The notes under the pieces: model-generated
What the model was told of the DNA's origin: nothing
The model's database searches: none
Seen by the model: only the letters and a program-made list of their open reading frames with translations
Shown here: one piece after another, positions 36,410 through 45,481 of the stretch
Layout: the number at the start of each line of letters is the position of its first letter
Position numbering within the stretch: the stretch's first letter is position 1
Origin: an uncultured Eggerthella sp.
GTDB lineage: Bacteria > Actinomycetota > Coriobacteriia > Coriobacteriales > Eggerthellaceae
Length of the DNA: 64,000 nt
Reading direction: 5' to 3'
NCBI GenBank assembly: GCA_900546175.1
Contig: URBX01000003.1
Location: 2,224-66,223 of the forward strand
Translations under genes and position numbers: made by a program

Positions 36410-37354
36410 TTATACAAAGTCAAATCCTGATGCCAAATCTGTGCATACGCGAGATACTAAAAATCCTTCTCGAAGGCCTGCTTTGGAAACAACCATTTCC
36501 GTAACGCCTGCTTCCTTAAAGATTGCTCGAACAATTGCACATCCTGGCAAGAAAGTATGAATACGTTCTGGCTTAATCTGAATAACTAAACGCATCAATT
36601 CATCAGAATTGCTCTTTCCTGCATCGATAATACGGTCAAGCATTGAAAGACTTAAAACACGGCTTTTCTCTTCGCAGAGACCCATCTGTTTTGCAACTTT
36701 CAAAACAAGGCGAACACTGCCACCAACTCCGCATAAGGTAGAGTATCCTTTGACATTAATCTTTGCAGTTTTGATAAGCTCGGTAAAACCTGCACCAATA
36801 GCATCTATTTCCTGGCTGCTTGGCCACGGACCAGAAGAATCACGTACCCAACTAGAAAGAGAGCCTACCGGAATAGAGTCGCTCGCAATAAGCTTTCCGC
36901 CTTCCATTGCAGAAAGTTCCGTAGAGCCGCCTCCCAAGTCAAAGAACAGTCCCGAGCGAATACCAGTAGAAAGCGAAGCGCCCAACATGGAGAGCTGCGC
37001 TTCCTCTTCGCCAGACAATACCTGAATAGGACAATTGCACTGGCTACTTACCCACGAGACAATCTCTTTCGAATTAACGCAATTACGTATTGCAGCCGTT
37101 GCAAAAACGTAAGTTCTATCACTATTGAGCAAGTCTGCCATGCGAACCATTTTTGAAACAGCCTTTTTGCAGGCAACCGCACCTTCCTTGCTCATAACAC
37201 CCTCATTTGAAACATAAGCCGCCAAGCCCACTGCATCACGAGCATCAAGCACCTTAACCGTATTTCCCGTTTTAGCATTAACGCGATAAGCACAGCAACG
37301 AACCGTGTTTGAACCAACGTCTACTAAGGTTACTAATTCTTTTTCTTTTTCCAT
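36410..37354 (-). CDS. Ppx/GppA-family phosphatase (exopolyphosphatase / pppGpp phosphohydrolase)
   Basis: N-terminal VDVGSNTVRC (actin-like ATPase fold phosphate-1 motif), about 310 aa. Confidence 0.75.
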   Translation of the reverse strand: MEKEKELVTLVDVGSNTVRCCAYRVNAKTGNTVKVLDARDAVGLAAYVSNEGVMSKEGAVACKKAVSKMVRMADLLNSDRTYVFATAAIRNCVNSKEIVSWVSSQCNCPIQVLSGEEEAQLSMLGASLSTGIRSGLFFDLGGGSTELSAMEGGKLIASDSIPVGSLSSWVRDSSGPWPSSQEIDAIGAGFTELIKTAKINVKGYSTLCGVGGSVRLVLKVAKQMGLCEEKSRVLSLSMLDRIIDAGKSNSDELMRLVIQIKPERIHTFLPGCAIVRAIFKEAGVTEMVVSKAGLREGFLVSRVCTDLASGFDFV

Positions 37355-37524
37355 TTCTTCATTCCTTCTTCAACACACAAGGTTTATCGATAGTCAAACG
37401 GCGGGCGCATTCCTTGTTTTTGCAGGGCTAATAACCCAAGGCGCCGCAACCATCTATTTTTCTCCTCTTGATAATAACCACTATCAGCTCCAAAGAAGCA
37501 AAACCAATGTCAAATCTTTGCAAA

Positions 37525-37564
37525 ATATCAAAAAGGGTAGCGAACATAAAAATGTTCGCTACCC
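37525..37564 (-). terminator. Rho-independent terminator (minus strand) downstream of the Hpt gene
   Basis: Perfect 13-bp inverted repeat GGGTAGCGAACAT-aaaa-ATGTTCGCTACCC, followed on the minus strand by a T-run. Confidence 0.6.
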
Positions 37565-37659
37565 CTCAACAGTCTTTCTAATGCTATCGAACTTTCTCAA
37601 AGAGCACAGACTTCGTAAAAAGTCTTCTCTCTGTAATTATTTGCTATAGCTCAACAAAA

Positions 37660-38022
37660 TTATTCAGAAAGGTATGCTTTCAAAACATCAACGGTAGTTT
37701 TGTACTCTTCGCAAACACAGCCAAACAAAGCTTCCGCTTCTTCGTCTATTACGGATTCTTCAGAACGCAACTTTTCAGTTAAATCGCTTGCAGAACGAGC
37801 AAGTGATTCTAATCCTAAATTCAAGCTCACACCCTTTATAGTATGAGCACATCTAAATGCTGCTTCTTTATCTTTAGCATCAATAGCGCAAGTGAGATTC
37901 TCAAACGAATCATCTTCAAGAAACTTTGAAAGATATTTAACAAGCATTCCTTCACGAGGAAAACGAGAGGCAGTGCTCTTATAATCACCACCAAGCAACT
38001 GATAACAATTCTCTATAGTCAT
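37660..38022 (-). CDS. Hpt (histidine phosphotransfer) domain protein
   Basis: AHTIKGVSLNLGL, the Hpt phosphorylatable-His motif (HxxKG). Confidence 0.7.
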   Translation of the reverse strand: MTIENCYQLLGGDYKSTASRFPREGMLVKYLSKFLEDDSFENLTCAIDAKDKEAAFRCAHTIKGVSLNLGLESLARSASDLTEKLRSEESVIDEEAEALFGCVCEEYKTTVDVLKAYLSE

Positions 38023-38052
38023 ACTATCTCCCTGCCCCCATTAACAAACTAA

Positions 38053-39219
38053 TTAATTATTTCTTTTATAGCGCCCAATTGCTTCCTCCACAAGATTGAT
38101 GTTCTCGTAATCACCATGCTTGAGCAGTTCCTTATCAAAGCGCCAACGTACGAATTCTTCATCAGGAACGCTTTCAGAAAGAGCAAGCAAATCAGGAAGA
38201 GAATCCTCAACTTCTTGTAAGCATTCTAATAAAAGAGGATTAAATGCACCACACTGACCGTCAATAATCATTTGAATTGCCTGATTATGACTAAGCGCTT
38301 CTTTATAGCAACGCTCACTCGTTAAAGCGTCATAAACATCAGCCAGCGCAACTACCTGAGCAGAAATTGGAATAGCATCCCCTTCAAGCTTGTCGGGATA
38401 ACCGCCACCGTCCCACCTTTCATGATGCCAGCGACAAATTTCATATACCGCAGCAACAAGAGGGCTACCCAAATCCACATCGGCGCGCCTAACAAGGTTT
38501 GCTCCTACAATTGGGTGAGTTTTTATCAACTCGAATTCCTCTTCGGTAAGCTTTCCTGGTTTATTTAGTACGAAATCAGGAATAGCAATTTTCCCAATAT
38601 CATGAAGAGCGGAACCCATAACAATACTTGAGAAGCGTTCTTTGTTTAAATCGTAACGATCCGTCTTTCTCTTAATAGCTTCCAAAAGAAGTTCGGTAAT
38701 AAGACGAATATGAACAATATGTAGCCCGCTTTCCTGGTTACGAAATTCTACAACTTGGCTCAAGATAGAAACCATAATTTCGTTGCTTTTCATGCGATTG
38801 AAAATTTCTTCAGCAATGATTGCTGCCATTTTTTGCTCTTTCTCAAAAGAAAGAATCGTGTTTTGAACACGTCGTTTAACAATGAATGTATTTATGGGAC
38901 GCACAATGTAATCAGCAACACCAAGATTGTAGGCTCTATTAATAGAGTCAGAAGAAAAATCTGCAGATACCACGATGACAGGCAATTCGCTTACCCACTT
39001 CTTTTTGTTCATCTCTTCAAGCACTTCAAAGCCATCGGCTTTTGGCATAACTAAATCAAGAAGAACAAGAGAGAATTCGCTAAAAGAACAATCAAGAATC
39101 TGAAGGGCTTCAATTCCATCCCCTGCAAATTCAACATCATAGGTATCAGATAAGATGTCAGCAAGAATCTCGCGATTTAATAGCGAATCATCAACTATTA
39201 AGATCTTCCTTCTGTACAT
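38053..39219 (-). CDS. Response regulator with an HD-GYP phosphodiesterase output domain
   Basis: REC (ILIVDDSLLNREIL, LLDLVMPKADG) plus HD-GYP (LHDIGKIAIP, HHERWDGGGYP). Confidence 0.85.
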   Translation of the reverse strand: MYRRKILIVDDSLLNREILADILSDTYDVEFAGDGIEALQILDCSFSEFSLVLLDLVMPKADGFEVLEEMNKKKWVSELPVIVVSADFSSDSINRAYNLGVADYIVRPINTFIVKRRVQNTILSFEKEQKMAAIIAEEIFNRMKSNEIMVSILSQVVEFRNQESGLHIVHIRLITELLLEAIKRKTDRYDLNKERFSSIVMGSALHDIGKIAIPDFVLNKPGKLTEEEFELIKTHPIVGANLVRRADVDLGSPLVAAVYEICRWHHERWDGGGYPDKLEGDAIPISAQVVALADVYDALTSERCYKEALSHNQAIQMIIDGQCGAFNPLLLECLQEVEDSLPDLLALSESVPDEEFVRWRFDKELLKHGDYENINLVEEAIGRYKRNN

Positions 39220-39261
39220 AGCACTTCTGTTGCGTCTTTATGCAAATAAGACGCAATAGCA

Positions 39262-39272
39262 CCCCCCCCCCC
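39262..39272. repeat. Homopolymeric C11 tract (G11 on the strand coding the downstream gene), about 45 nt upstream of the REC-HD-GYP start codon
   Basis: The sequence reads gcACCCCCCCCCCCacg. Confidence 0.9.
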
Positions 39273-39453
39273 ACGAAAAATAGAGCCTTAGAGCAACGCT
39301 CAACTATCTTGGTTTTTCATATATCATAGTTTATACCATACTCTCAAGCATCTCAGCTGCTCACGGCTCCCATTTCACTCATCTAAATCTAAGATTTTGG
39401 ATAAAAAGACACTTTGTGGCACAATGAGACCACTTTGACCTGAGGAGATTATT

Positions 39454-41697
39454 ATGAGCGAATTACTTGCTCCTGCTGGAAGCATGGATTCTCTAAGAGC
39501 CGCAATTGCAAACGGCTGTGATGCAGTGTACCTAGGAATGCAAAAATTTGGCGCTCGAGCATACTCCTCAAACTTCGATGCCGCCACCGTCAAAGAAGCA
39601 GTCGAATATGCCCATCTTAGAGGGGTTAAAGTATATGTAACCATGAACACCATTGTGTTCGAAGAAGAGCTCGAAGAAACTCACCAGCAAATTGAGTATT
39701 TGAACAGTATTGGCGTTGATGCAATCATAGTTCAAGATCTTGCCATCCTTTCCTATATTGTTGACCACTTTGAAGATATGGAAGCTCACTGTTCAACCCA
39801 AATGGGAATCGATGATTTGCCCGGAGCTGTATTAGCACAAAAACTTGGTGCAAAACGTATTGTTCTTTCGCGAGAAGCATCACTTGAAACGTATCGGGAA
39901 ATCAAAGAAAACTGCGACATTTCCCTTGAAGCATTTATCCATGGCGCATTGTGTGTTTCTTACTCTGGAAACTGCATCATGTCAGGAATGACCGGCAACC
40001 GAAGCGGAAATAGAGGCCGCTGCATTGGATCCTGCCGAAAGCTTTATCAGGTTTTAGACACCACAACAAATACCTCTCTTGGTTCGAGCTACATCCTATC
40101 AACAAAAGACTTGAACACCATTGATTTCATTGACCAACTTTCAATTGTTGATTCACTAAAAATCGAAGGGCGCATGAAAGAGCCTTTATATGTTGCTAAT
40201 GTAGTTTCTCGTTACCGAGCAGCATTAGATAATGCGTTAACCACAGAAGATAAAGAAAAACTCAATCGAACATTCAACAGAACTTTCACAAAAGGATATC
40301 TGTTTGGAGAGGATAAAAAGGACATCACTAATATTCAACGTCCAAACCATCACGGCTTTCAAATTGGCGTTATTTCCAGCATCGAAAAAGGCGTATACGA
40401 AATCACCTTACAGCGCGAATTAAAACAGAATGATCACATTCGCATTCGTCATAAAAACGAAGACGTAAATCTTTCCGTGACAAAAATGTTCGACAAAACA
40501 GGAAAACTTATTAACAGTGCCACTAACCGCTGCTATATCAAGCTAAAAGAAAGGCTTTCATGCGGAGATTTAGTCTACAAAACAAAAGATAAAGCTTTCG
40601 AAAAGGAGCTCGAAGGCACTCTTTCACAAGAATTCCGCAGGTTTCCTCTGTCGATTCAAGTCTTTGCGTATCCTGACACTTGTTTAGTAATTAATGCTTC
40701 TGGCCTTGATGAGAACTACTGCTACACCTCTGAGGAAATCTTGTCTGAAGCAAAAACCAAACCGTCCGACAAAGCTCTGATTGAAAAGCAATTCTCGCGC
40801 TTGAACGAAACAGTTTTCTTTTTGGATGAAGTGCTTTATGAAGATTGCGGAGCCTTTATTCCTGCCAAACTTCTTAATGCTGCTCGAAAAGAAATTGTTG
40901 GAGCACTCTATCAGAAAAAACTCGACCGCAAGAGCCGCGCCACTAAAACACCTCCACCACGGCCTGCATTGTGCTTCGAAACGAAAAAACCTTACTTGAG
41001 CGCAACGGTTACTACACAAGAACAGTACACCCTTTGCAAGGAAGCAGGCATCAATACCATCTATTTCGAAAACATTATTCCGCGCAATAACTGCACCTAC
41101 CCTAAAAAAGACGGAACTCTTCTTGTTGGTGGCATGGGAGGCCTAGAGCACTACAGACAAACGAATCCGTTTATTACTGACTACTCGTTTAATGTAGTAA
41201 ATGCCGAAAGCGTTTACCAGCTTCACAAACTGGGCGCTCAACGAGTGACGCTTTCCTACGAAATCAACGAAAAGCAGATAAAGCACCTTTTAGATAGCTA
41301 CCAAAAACAGAACCAAGGAATGCCTTCGCTGGAATTAATTGTGTACGGACGTGCTCCCCTTTTGGTAACTAAATACTGTCCGCTCAAAACGCTTGGTCAG
41401 TGCAGTCTTTGCAGAAAGCACCGCTTCGAGATTAAGGATAACTACGGCTCGTTTCCCCTTCTTTTCCACGACAACTGCGATGTCACTGTCTTAAACGGAA
41501 AGACCCTCAATCTTCTTGACGAAATGCCACATATTGCAGGCATTGAAGCGTTTCGCCTTAATTTCACTACAGAATCAGCCGAAGAGGTTAAGCAAATTAT
41601 CTGCTGGGCAAAAGAAAAACTTGACGGCACGCGAAAAGAATCGGTTTTCAGGTCAGACAAAGACACCCGTGGCTATTTCAATAAAGAGATTCTGTAG
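39454..41697 (+). CDS. U32-family peptidase (collagenase-like), long form
   Basis: N-terminal ELLAPAGSMDSLRAAIANGCDAVYLG plus the U32 core; 747 aa. Confidence 0.85.
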   Translation: MSELLAPAGSMDSLRAAIANGCDAVYLGMQKFGARAYSSNFDAATVKEAVEYAHLRGVKVYVTMNTIVFEEELEETHQQIEYLNSIGVDAIIVQDLAILSYIVDHFEDMEAHCSTQMGIDDLPGAVLAQKLGAKRIVLSREASLETYREIKENCDISLEAFIHGALCVSYSGNCIMSGMTGNRSGNRGRCIGSCRKLYQVLDTTTNTSLGSSYILSTKDLNTIDFIDQLSIVDSLKIEGRMKEPLYVANVVSRYRAALDNALTTEDKEKLNRTFNRTFTKGYLFGEDKKDITNIQRPNHHGFQIGVISSIEKGVYEITLQRELKQNDHIRIRHKNEDVNLSVTKMFDKTGKLINSATNRCYIKLKERLSCGDLVYKTKDKAFEKELEGTLSQEFRRFPLSIQVFAYPDTCLVINASGLDENYCYTSEEILSEAKTKPSDKALIEKQFSRLNETVFFLDEVLYEDCGAFIPAKLLNAARKEIVGALYQKKLDRKSRATKTPPPRPALCFETKKPYLSATVTTQEQYTLCKEAGINTIYFENIIPRNNCTYPKKDGTLLVGGMGGLEHYRQTNPFITDYSFNVVNAESVYQLHKLGAQRVTLSYEINEKQIKHLLDSYQKQNQGMPSLELIVYGRAPLLVTKYCPLKTLGQCSLCRKHRFEIKDNYGSFPLLFHDNCDVTVLNGKTLNLLDEMPHIAGIEAFRLNFTTESAEEVKQIICWAKEKLDGTRKESVFRSDKDTRGYFNKEIL

Positions 41698-41804
41698 AAT
41701 ACAACCTCTTACAGATTCAATTAGGGATAAGCGCCACTATAAAACATGATTGAAACAGGGTTTCTGCTACACTTTTTTACGAACTAAAGAGAAAAAGGAG
41801 TAGC

Positions 41805-42866
41805 ATGTCTAGTTCGTTCACGAGCGCATACCAAAACAAAAACCAACATATTCCCCTGATTGGCATTGTTCCAACCTACGTACCCGAAGAAGACACTGTT
41901 CGTTTAAAGAAGAACTACAGCTTGGCAATTGAACAATGGGGCGGCATGCCTCTCATTCTTCCAATGACCGATCACTTGGAAATATACGAGTATCTACTTC
42001 CTCAAATTGACGGCTTCCTCTTTACGGGTGGTCACGACATTAGCCCAGAATGCTATGGAGAAACAAGAAGAAGCGAAAAGCTTTCACCGCTAACTCCAAA
42101 TAGAGACCGCATGGAAAATCGCATTCTCAACTATGCATACGATTACGACATTCCCGTATTGGGCGTTTGTCGCGGCATGCAGATGATTAATGTTCACTTT
42201 GGCGGAACACTGTACCAAGATTTAGCCGAAGAGCACCATTCTATTGGCGGTAACAAGTGGGCAATTGAAGGAATCTACATTCCCGATGGGCCTCACGATT
42301 CAACAGAAGTAACTGAGTTTACTCCTGAAGATGTTAAGAAAGCAATGTGCCCTGGCTGCGTATATGAAAACCAGGGACATCCTTCTTGTCATGAAGATCG
42401 ACTCCAAATGGCAAGAACCACCAAGGAATATGGCATTATGCAAAGCTCAGAGGCGTCTCGTCTCAAACATTGGCAGCATGATCACTATGATTGCCCAAGC
42501 CACTTTGTGAATATCGACAAAAATACCAATCTTGGCAAAATCCTTCAGACAGGACACTTAGCGGTCAATTCTATGCACCATCAGGGCATCAAAACCATTG
42601 CTCCAAATCTTCGTGCATGCGCTTATGCAACTGATGGCCTTGTTGAAGCTATCGAAATGCCTGATCGGCTGTTCTTTATGGGTATTCAGTGGCACCCCGA
42701 GTTCTTCCGCACTCGTATGGGCCTTGTGTTTAAAGCCTTCATAGACTCAAGCCGACAGCGTTATTACGAACGTCTTGACGCGGGGCTCACCTGCAGAGTT
42801 GAAGCACCAGGAAGGTTTATTGTACGAGAAGGATCTCCTACTAAAGCTCTTGTGAGCGTGAAGTAA
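41805..42866 (+). CDS. Class I glutamine amidotransferase-like protein, peptidase C26 / gamma-glutamyl-GABA hydrolase family, with an inserted Cys/His-rich segment of about 100 aa
   Basis: Nucleophile elbow LGVCRGMQ; HHQG and IQWHPEF His/Glu region; 353 aa versus about 240 typical; the insert contains CPGCVYENQGHPSCHEDR and HYDCPSH. Confidence 0.7.
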   Translation: MSSSFTSAYQNKNQHIPLIGIVPTYVPEEDTVRLKKNYSLAIEQWGGMPLILPMTDHLEIYEYLLPQIDGFLFTGGHDISPECYGETRRSEKLSPLTPNRDRMENRILNYAYDYDIPVLGVCRGMQMINVHFGGTLYQDLAEEHHSIGGNKWAIEGIYIPDGPHDSTEVTEFTPEDVKKAMCPGCVYENQGHPSCHEDRLQMARTTKEYGIMQSSEASRLKHWQHDHYDCPSHFVNIDKNTNLGKILQTGHLAVNSMHHQGIKTIAPNLRACAYATDGLVEAIEMPDRLFFMGIQWHPEFFRTRMGLVFKAFIDSSRQRYYERLDAGLTCRVEAPGRFIVREGSPTKALVSVK

Positions 42867-43069
42867 AAATCTGTAAAGGTTAGCTCTGTAAGCGCCTCCT
42901 TACAGAACCATAAGCGCAATTGCACAGCCAGTAGCGCCCTTGTGGAGCCAACAGCGCAATTAGGAATGCAGTGGTGAACTTGAATCAAATTAGGTCTACA
43001 TTCACCACCTCATTTCCATCTGGTATCCTTTACAAGAAATAAACCACAAATATAGTTAGGTACTCATCT

Positions 43070-44437
43070 ATGAGCATTAAAACTTCTGTAGCTATTGCTG
43101 TTTGCAAGGCAAGCCATTCTCTTATGCGCGCAATGGGAAGAACCGCACGTGCTCTTCCTGGAAAACTTGCCTTATCCGTTAGTCCTAACCTCATCAAAGA
43201 GCTTAGCCAAGATCACCATACCTTGGTAATAACAGGTACAAATGGAAAAACCACTACTACCCATATGGTTCAACAAGCTATCGTTGACACCTTTGGAACT
43301 GCCGCCTACGATCCAACAAGCACCAATCTAAAGCAAGGTATTGCTACAACACTCTGCCTTGACAGCACATTAGGCGGAAAAAGAAAAAGTGACTGGGCTA
43401 TTATCGAAAGCGATGAAGGAGCAACGAAGATTCTTCTCCCTGCAACCCTTCCTCAGGTTTTAGTAGTAACCAATCTTTACCGTGATCAGGTTGACCGCTA
43501 TCCAACCTGGACTACTGCCCGAGACTACATCATCGAAGCAATCAAGCAGTCGCCTGACACAATACTTGTTCTTGACGCCGACTGTCAGGTTACTGCCTCT
43601 ATTGCAGATGCAGTACCTAACAAGGTTATTTGGTTCGGCATGGAATGCAACGCTTACGAGGGAGACATTGCAGACTTTGATGAAAAAGTAGCTTGCATCA
43701 AGTGTGGAGAGCCTCTTTCTTATAAGCATCGAACATTTGCTCACCTTGGAGACTTCTCCTGCCCTCATTGTGGGTTCACTCATCATAGAGCTGATGTTGC
43801 AGTTACCGCAATTACCAACAAACAGGAAAAGAGCTGCGACCTTACTCTAAGAGTATTTGACGAAGAAATAACTCTTTCAGCAAACATTCGAGCAGGCTAT
43901 GACGTTTATAATGCAGCCGCAGCTTTTACCGGTCTTACTACTGCAGGAATTTCACGCAGCCAAGCAAGTGCCGCCCTTGGCCACTTTAAACATGCTGCTC
44001 ATCGTTTCGAGATATTTGATATCGAAGGAACCGAAACGCGACTTCTCCTAATGAAAAACACTGCTGGCGCTAACCAGCTTATTAATGTGCTTCTTTCAGA
44101 AGAACATCTTCCTCAGCATCTGGTATGCCTGTTAGGAAACGAAATCATGGACGGCATATACACTGACTGGATTAAAGATATTCGCTGGGAAAAAATACTG
44201 AACCCTGATACGCAGGTAATAGTAGGCGGCCCTTGTTATCAGGATATGAAAGACTGTCTCCTGAAAGCAGGAGCAGCACAGAACAACCTTACCGTTGAAA
44301 CCAACTATCAAGCACTTATTTCTACTCTATCAACTATAAAGGAGCCAGTCACCGTAATTGCAAACTGTTCTACCATTGAAGATCTTCGCCTTGAATTAGT
44401 AAAGAAATACAAACCAAGCGATTACTGGTCGGATTAA
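43070..44437 (+). CDS. murT: Mur-ligase-family protein, MurT-like (lipid II isoglutaminyl synthase ligase subunit)
   Basis: LVITGTNGKTTTTHM (Mur ligase P-loop); Cys4 zinc ribbon CIKCGEPLS...CPHCG characteristic of MurT; DUF1727-like C-terminus. Confidence 0.75.
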   Translation: MSIKTSVAIAVCKASHSLMRAMGRTARALPGKLALSVSPNLIKELSQDHHTLVITGTNGKTTTTHMVQQAIVDTFGTAAYDPTSTNLKQGIATTLCLDSTLGGKRKSDWAIIESDEGATKILLPATLPQVLVVTNLYRDQVDRYPTWTTARDYIIEAIKQSPDTILVLDADCQVTASIADAVPNKVIWFGMECNAYEGDIADFDEKVACIKCGEPLSYKHRTFAHLGDFSCPHCGFTHHRADVAVTAITNKQEKSCDLTLRVFDEEITLSANIRAGYDVYNAAAAFTGLTTAGISRSQASAALGHFKHAAHRFEIFDIEGTETRLLLMKNTAGANQLINVLLSEEHLPQHLVCLLGNEIMDGIYTDWIKDIRWEKILNPDTQVIVGGPCYQDMKDCLLKAGAAQNNLTVETNYQALISTLSTIKEPVTVIANCSTIEDLRLELVKKYKPSDYWSD

Positions 44438-44533
44438 TCAAGCTCAATGGAGAACAGATAGCTACCTCAATCTTTGGTCGCAGAATAGTAGGAGTGCATT
44501 TTTCCTTTGCTCCCCTATAAAACAAAAGATGCA

Positions 44534-44564
44534 AAAGCGCGCCGCAATTGACGCGCTTTTGTTG
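44534..44564. terminator. Bidirectional rho-independent terminator between murT (+) and merR (-)
   Basis: AAAAGCGCG-ccgcaattga-CGCGCTTTTG, with an A-run before and a T-run after. Confidence 0.55.
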
Positions 44565-44614
44565 TTCTCTACCTCTTTTTACTAAAGAAAGACAGGTGTC
44601 TTAGAAGTCTTGAT

Positions 44615-45403
44615 CTATTTGATAGGTAACTGAATTTCGGTAAGCCAATCTTCTGCCGAAGGCTTATTCCAAATACCGTCGATATATCTTTCTCGAGAAT
44701 AGCCAGCAACCTCATAGCCATTATCTTCTGCGTACTTATAGATAAATGCGTATGCTTCTCCCAAACGCTCATAAGGTCCCCGATGATAAATGCTCAGCAC
44801 TTTAGTTTCAGGAATCTGTTTAAACGCAATATTCTCGCTTTCAGTTCCAAAATCAACAACTGCTTCAGAGAAACGAACCTTCACATTAGTTTCTCGGTAT
44901 TCGCAATCAAGATACTCGATATATTCATAAGATGGCTCAACACATTTCAGGTTAGGGTTATATTCTTTTACTTCTGCACCAACCTTCGGAATCCAAGTCA
45001 TGGCATCAGAATAAGAATCCAAAACCGTTTCGGAATAGTACACAATATGAGCAGGAATCTGCTTTTGAGTTACTTGGTAGTTCATATTCTCCTCCTCTAA
45101 TAAATGATGTATTAAGGAGAGGCGAAATGAGATATCTTCCTGTTCGGCTTTTAATTCCTGGGCCTTATTAATAAGAGCTCGTTGGAAATCTTTGCCAGAA
45201 ACCACCTGCTTTATCTCTTCGATAGAAAACCCCAGTTGGCGATACGACTTGATACGCGCTGCCTCAATGAGTTGATTAGTTGAGTAACTACGATATCCTG
45301 TCAATGAATCAACCGAATTTGGAACAAGAAGTCCCTCTTTTTCGTAATAACGAAGTGCTTTGATGGTTATCTGTGACAGCTTAGAAAAATCTCCGATTTT
45401 CAC
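44615..45403 (-). CDS. MerR-family regulator with a C-terminal GyrI-like effector-binding domain (BmrR/Mta-like)
   Basis: MKIGDFSKLSQITIKALRYYEKEGLL HTH; coiled coil; GyrI-like C-terminus. Confidence 0.8.
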   Translation of the reverse strand: MKIGDFSKLSQITIKALRYYEKEGLLVPNSVDSLTGYRSYSTNQLIEAARIKSYRQLGFSIEEIKQVVSGKDFQRALINKAQELKAEQEDISFRLSLIHHLLEEENMNYQVTQKQIPAHIVYYSETVLDSYSDAMTWIPKVGAEVKEYNPNLKCVEPSYEYIEYLDCEYRETNVKVRFSEAVVDFGTESENIAFKQIPETKVLSIYHRGPYERLGEAYAFIYKYAEDNGYEVAGYSRERYIDGIWNKPSAEDWLTEIQLPIK

Positions 45404-45481
45404 GTTCGTCTCCCTCTTTCCGTCGCGACAACCTCATTATCAAGCACTCCCTAAGGGGAGAGTCAACGCTATAATACCCAT

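Noticed and set aside
36609-37025. 138-aa plus-strand ORF
   Set aside because: It is antisense within the Ppx/GppA gene.
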